A DNA stretch of 20,000 nucleotides. Origin: Bdellovibrionales bacterium RIFOXYD12_FULL_39_22. Its GTDB lineage: Bacteria > Bdellovibrionota > Bacteriovoracia > Bacteriovoracales > Bacteriovoracaceae. The position numbers and the translations under genes were made by a program. The DNA lies in NCBI GenBank assembly GCA_001770205.1, contig MEQL01000055.1:56551-76550 (forward strand), given 5' to 3'. The notes under the pieces are model-generated. The model saw nothing but the letters and a program-made list of their open reading frames with translations, had not been told where the DNA came from and ran no database searches. The stretch's first letter is position 1. Every line of letters begins with the position of its first letter. Of the stretch, positions 16,473 to 20,000 are shown piece after piece.

Positions 16473-18678
16473 TTCTCACATCCAAAGTTGTTGAAGTTGT
16501 TTGGCCTTGCTGTGCCTTTTCTCCAATCCAATCGTCAATAATTCTATCAATCTCCGGAGAGGCCGACTCATCAATACTTAATTCCTTTCGGAAAAACTGG
16601 ATGAAGGCCCGCCCAATCTTTTCCTTAAAGGATTTGATGGTTGATACTTTGCTTTCATTTTCTAAAATCAACTCCATGTCTGCCTCAATAAAGGATCGCA
16701 TCTTAGAATTTTTATCTCCAAAGACGGAAAGATAAAATTCTCTTTCTGCATCATCTAAAGAAAGCAAAAATTCTACTCGTTGATCTCGCTTATACTTCAT
16801 TAAAATTTTACGAACTACATCTTCGGAAAGACGATTGATCAATTCACCAGGAAAATTTTCTCGCGCTACCTCTTTTAAAATTTCTACTTTGCCATTGCGA
16901 TAGAGTGAATCAAAAAGTGCTCTCTCTTTTTCTAATCCAACGTAAGGAATCATATCGACGATTTTATCTAAAAATGGAGCATAAACACTCTTTTGTTTTG
17001 TATCCAGGGTAGAAAGTAATTTTGTTAACTCTTCGCGCTTTTCATTTAACAAACCGTCTGTGTAATTTAATCCATAATCTGAAAGCAACAAGGCCGTCTC
17101 TTGATCAATTAGTTCATAAGTGTCCGCAATAAAATCAGTAGGCAGTACGTTTAATAAAATTGACCCTATTTCAAAGTCATCGCGCAAAATACGTGCACAC
17201 TCTTGTGGAGTAATTCGCGAAAGAATCTTCTTAGATTCTTTATCCAAAGTAGGTGGAGGTAAAATAATATCTTCCATAATCTGTGCTTCAATAAAAGTAT
17301 CTCCCAGGCGCAAGTTGTTTTTATCCATATCGGTAACTAAATTTTTCTTCCATTGCGCACGTTCGGTAACCGACAGGTTATCAAAAATATATAACAAATC
17401 GTCAGTAGATGATTTTTTAATAATAATAGTCAGGGCCTGCGTTGACCCTTCCGCCTGTTGATTAATCCATCTCCGAATTAACAACAACGCCTCATTGGGG
17501 GAAGATTTTAGCAGAGACATAAATCGGTCAAATCCCACCAGAGGAACATCATCGTCCAAGGAAATAGTTCCACCACTCATACTCAACTGGCCGGCCAACA
17601 TGCCTCCGACCCCTTCACCTCCGGCACCCGTAGGAGCATGTGCCGCGGCCTGCTGCGCCGGAGTTTTAGTGAATGCCTCATCCAGCGTGGTCAAAAATTT
17701 ATTTCCAAATTGGATCATTCTTCCCAAAAGAGCAAATCCTAAAAATCCTATCAACAGCGCAAACAGCACAATTGCAATAGGAATTTTAAATTCCCGGATC
17801 ATCTTTAACACAGGGTTTTCTTCTACCCGCTCGGCCGCTTTTTTGGCCTCTTCTAATTCCAATTTTAATTTGGCCAAACGCGCTTCTTCTTCTTCTCTTT
17901 TAGCGTTGGCCTCATCAGGCGGTATCAGTCCTATTGAAGCGTATGATACTTGCGGAGTAACAGCAGCAATTGGCGTAACAATCCGCTGTAATAAATCTTT
18001 AACCATATCCTGACGCAGTGGCGAAACACTTTTATCTATTAAAACTTCCACTGTGACATTTTTGATTCGATCCATGATGCTAACTGATTCTTGATTTAAA
18101 TTTATTTGTCCTAAAATCTCACGCAGCGATGGCTCGTTTTTATTTTTTTCATCCTCTGTTTGTCCTCCTAATTGAATTGGAAAAGGAAGATCAAACTTAT
18201 CAATAAACAGCGCATTCTCACCGTTGTCGTACTCTTGCGCATTCCGAACAAAAGGATTGGCGGCATCCTTTGCCTGTTTTTCTCTTTGTTTTTCTTCTTC
18301 TTTTTTCTTCTCCTCCAACTCTCTGGCCGCTTTCTCTTCGGCCTCTTTTAAGGCCGCCTTCTGCTTGGCCCGTCGCTCCACCGACTCGGTATCATCCTCG
18401 ATGGAAATCGTAACATTAACAACATATTCATTTGGTTTTAAGATCGAGCTAATTCCGTTGCTGATTTTATTTCTTAAATTATTTTCCTGCTCTGTTTTCT
18501 GAGTAAAAATATCACTAGCAAAGGCCAGTGGATTTATAGAAAAAAACAGCGCTATTAGTCCCCCGGCCAGCAAGAAGCGCAAAGAAAAAAACGCAACGGG
18601 CCCTTTTTTCGCCAAACTTCCGCTCCGATCATTATCATGCTGTTTCATTTGCGATACCTCTATCATGTTCTTTCTCAT
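16462..18678 (-). CDS. Putative FliF-like/FliG-like fusion protein (signal peptide, periplasmic ring-building motif with coiled-coil insert, one TM helix, FliF-C helix, FliG N/M/C-like domains)
   Basis: Signal peptide ends AFA|SD at aa 54. aa 60-95 (EQENNLRNKISNGISSILKPNEYVVNVTISIE) and aa 203-252 (RIKNVTVEVLIDKSV...MVKDLLQRIV...PQVSYASI) resemble the two halves of FliF RBM3. TM helix at aa 299-319. aa 383-407 (FMSLLKSSPNEALLLIRRWIN) resembles the FliF C-terminal 'P..A..IR.W' helix. aa 410-447, 480-535 and 568-700 follow FliG N, M and C helix patterns (e.g. ENFPGELINRLSEDVVRKIL vs EMFxFEDL..LDD..IQ.LL). Alternative start ATG 18648 has a GAGG upstream. Confidence 0.75.
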   Translation of the reverse strand: MRKNMIEVSQMKQHDNDRSGSLAKKGPVAFFSLRFLLAGGLIALFFSINPLAFASDIFTQKTEQENNLRNKISNGISSILKPNEYVVNVTISIEDDTESVERRAKQKAALKEAEEKAARELEEKKKEEEKQREKQAKDAANPFVRNAQEYDNGENALFIDKFDLPFPIQLGGQTEDEKNKNEPSLREILGQINLNQESVSIMDRIKNVTVEVLIDKSVSPLRQDMVKDLLQRIVTPIAAVTPQVSYASIGLIPPDEANAKREEEEARLAKLKLELEEAKKAAERVEENPVLKMIREFKIPIAIVLFALLIGFLGFALLGRMIQFGNKFLTTLDEAFTKTPAQQAAAHAPTGAGGEGVGGMLAGQLSMSGGTISLDDDVPLVGFDRFMSLLKSSPNEALLLIRRWINQQAEGSTQALTIIIKKSSTDDLLYIFDNLSVTERAQWKKNLVTDMDKNNLRLGDTFIEAQIMEDIILPPPTLDKESKKILSRITPQECARILRDDFEIGSILLNVLPTDFIADTYELIDQETALLLSDYGLNYTDGLLNEKREELTKLLSTLDTKQKSVYAPFLDKIVDMIPYVGLEKERALFDSLYRNGKVEILKEVARENFPGELINRLSEDVVRKILMKYKRDQRVEFLLSLDDAEREFYLSVFGDKNSKMRSFIEADMELILENESKVSTIKSFKEKIGRAFIQFFRKELSIDESASPEIDRIIDDWIGEKAQQGQTTSTTLDVRNAA

Positions 18679-18693
18679 AAATACTCTCTTGAA

Positions 18694-19431
18694 TTACTGT
18701 TGTTGAGGTGCTTCTCCCTCAAGAGGAGCTCCTTCAGTAGTTCCTGTATTGCTATTTTGATTAGTTGTATTTCCAGTTGTGTCTGCTCCAGCGCCGCTAC
18801 CACCACCACCTTCGGATGTAAGATTAAACTGCTTTTCTACGGCCCGCTTTAATCGCAACGCCTCTACATTTCCCGAATTATATTTAATGGCCATCTTGAA
18901 ATTATCTAAGGCCTGCGTGTATCGTTGCTCAATAAGATCAACGCCTCCTTCAAATTCATAGATAACTGATAGGTAAGGAAATTGAACTTTTATTTTATTT
19001 AAAATTTCTCTGGCCCGAACCAGTTCTTTTTTTCGAATCAATTTCTGACACTCAAAAAGATCGGTCACCACTGAATCAATAGAATTTGCCATATCCAAAA
19101 AGTTGGTGGCCTCCATTTTAACTTTAATTTCAATATCTCTGGCATTAAGATCGGTAACAATAACCGTTGAAGAAAGATATCCTTCCTTGCGCAGCTCTAA
19201 AAACATAGTTCCAGATCCACCAAAGGCATCGCTAACATCGCTCGACTGAATGGTCAGCGGCGTAGTTCCAATTTTTTTGGAAGTACTATCGGATAATTTC
19301 CTTATATAGATATCGGCCTTGGTAGGATCGCTGTTAATTGTAATGGTTGATGAAGCACATGCCACCAACCCCAATAGCAAAAGACCTCGTCCCATCTTTG
19401 CTGCTAACAATAAACTTTTTCTCGCCAACAT
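18694..19431 (-). CDS. PEGA-domain + TPR lipoprotein
   Basis: GGGGAG Shine-Dalgarno sequence just upstream of the ATG. Lipobox LVA-C (Cys25). PEGA signature ITINSDPTKADIY...IGTTPL...LELRKEGY. TPR-like helices (AREILNKIKVQFPYLSVIYEFEGGVDLIEQRYTQALDNFKMAIKYNSGNVEA). Low-complexity G/T/N/Q tail. Confidence 0.88.
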   Translation of the reverse strand: MLARKSLLLAAKMGRGLLLLGLVACASSTITINSDPTKADIYIRKLSDSTSKKIGTTPLTIQSSDVSDAFGGSGTMFLELRKEGYLSSTVIVTDLNARDIEIKVKMEATNFLDMANSIDSVVTDLFECQKLIRKKELVRAREILNKIKVQFPYLSVIYEFEGGVDLIEQRYTQALDNFKMAIKYNSGNVEALRLKRAVEKQFNLTSEGGGGSGAGADTTGNTTNQNSNTGTTEGAPLEGEAPQQQ

Positions 19432-19463
19432 CGCTTCTCCCCGTTTACAGGTTTTCTCAAACA

Positions 19464-19490
19464 GTATCGAAAATATGATGGAAAAAATTA
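19464..19490 (-). promoter_or_regulatory. Weak sigma-28-like promoter candidate for the cluster
   Basis: Minus strand TAAT-N15-TTCGATAC about 33 nt upstream of the PEGA gene ATG. A perfect TATAAT also occurs at 19538-19543 on the minus strand. Confidence 0.25.
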
Positions 19491-19558
19491 GAATTCAGAC
19501 GACTTGTAACGAAAGAGGAAAAATTAACCTAGCGTTGATTATACTTGATAGAAATGTT

Positions 19559-20000
19559 CATAGGTGATCGGTATTTTTCATGCCTTTTTTCCTGTCATTC
19601 GTAAAACATGTTGTACAGAGGTCTTTCTCCTTTTGTTAGGATCAAATAATTCATCTAATTTTAAGAGCAAATGGATGAATGATTGTTGTGACAATAATCG
19701 ACACCAACACTAAACTCATAACAATGTTGGCATTTGCAGAAGAAATATCAGCGATTCGCAAACTTCCCTTGGCAGTTTTAAAAAGTAATTCCACCGACCA
19801 CCTAAGCCGATATAACGTCGTCAATTGCCTGAAAAAGCGCAAAGTCAAAATATCCGAGATCAAAGATTATAAGATATCCTGCGACTGTTTTTAAATCCGG
19901 AAAATGATTGTGATCGTTGCTAGTTCCAGGACTTATATCAAACCATTTTACAACACCGCCAAAAATGTCAAAGCAGTGATGCCACTTTATCACCGCCGCG
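19559..20000 (-). mobile_element. Degenerate IS4-family insertion sequence, right end (continues beyond the window)
   Basis: Transposase remnant plus a candidate terminal inverted repeat CATAGGTGATCGGT starting at 19559, 19 nt beyond the transposase stop. Several IS4 subgroups have ends beginning with CAT. The partner end is outside the window. Confidence 0.65.
19578..20000 (-). pseudogene. IS4-family DDE transposase remnant, internally deleted and frameshifted
   Basis: Three pieces separated by frame changes: KWHHCFDIFGG...DISPGTSND...LIIFDLGYFDFALFQAIDD (second catalytic Asp region); LYRLRWSVELLFKTAK (exact IS4 Y-2-R-3-E-6-K signature); and a likely C-terminus DELFDPNKRRKTSVQHVLRMTGKKA* with its stop at 19578-19580. 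Confidence 0.88.

Noticed and set aside
18280..18320. TTC/TTT-rich tract resembling a microsatellite
   Set aside because: It simply encodes the E/K-rich coiled coil (EEKKKEEEK) and is not a regular tandem repeat.
16462..18678. Calling the 738-aa gene canonical fliF or fliG
   Set aside because: It lacks RBM1/2 and the EHPQ motif, is fused, and has no flagellar neighbours, so no gene symbol is assigned.
17120..18961. Plus-strand ORFs up to 172 aa opposite the fusion and PEGA genes
   Set aside because: They are antisense mirrors of E/K-rich and G/A-rich coding sequence (poly-Ser/Phe/Pro content) and are not credible genes.
1..20000. CRISPR arrays, tRNA/rRNA genes, DGR template/variable repeat pairs
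   Set aside because: I saw no regularly spaced nucleotide repeats, RNA-gene signatures or near-identical duplicated segments; about 97% of the window is protein-coding or IS-derived.

Overview
The window holds one tightly packed minus-strand gene cluster that starts just downstream of a decayed IS4-family element at the right edge. In transcription order: (1) a PEGA+TPR lipoprotein (18694-19431); (2) a 738-aa membrane protein (16462-18678) that reads as a natural fusion of a reduced FliF-like ring protein with a divergent full-length FliG-like rotor protein; (3) a small outer-membrane beta-barrel (15831-16472); (4) a 3965-aa lipoprotein built from many Ig-like repeats with a distinct C-terminal domain (3662-15559); and (5) a second, paralogous giant Ig-like lipoprotein that the ORF track misses. 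This last gene starts at 3653 and runs off the left edge (at least 1217 codons). No other flagellar, stator or type III export genes are in the window. The best candidate for an undescribed system is a flagellar MS/C-ring-derived trans-envelope apparatus dedicated to giant surface adhesin-like lipoproteins. All family assignments come from reading motifs by eye and none was confirmed by a database search. Gene style suggests a diderm host, possibly Bdellovibrionota (inference only).
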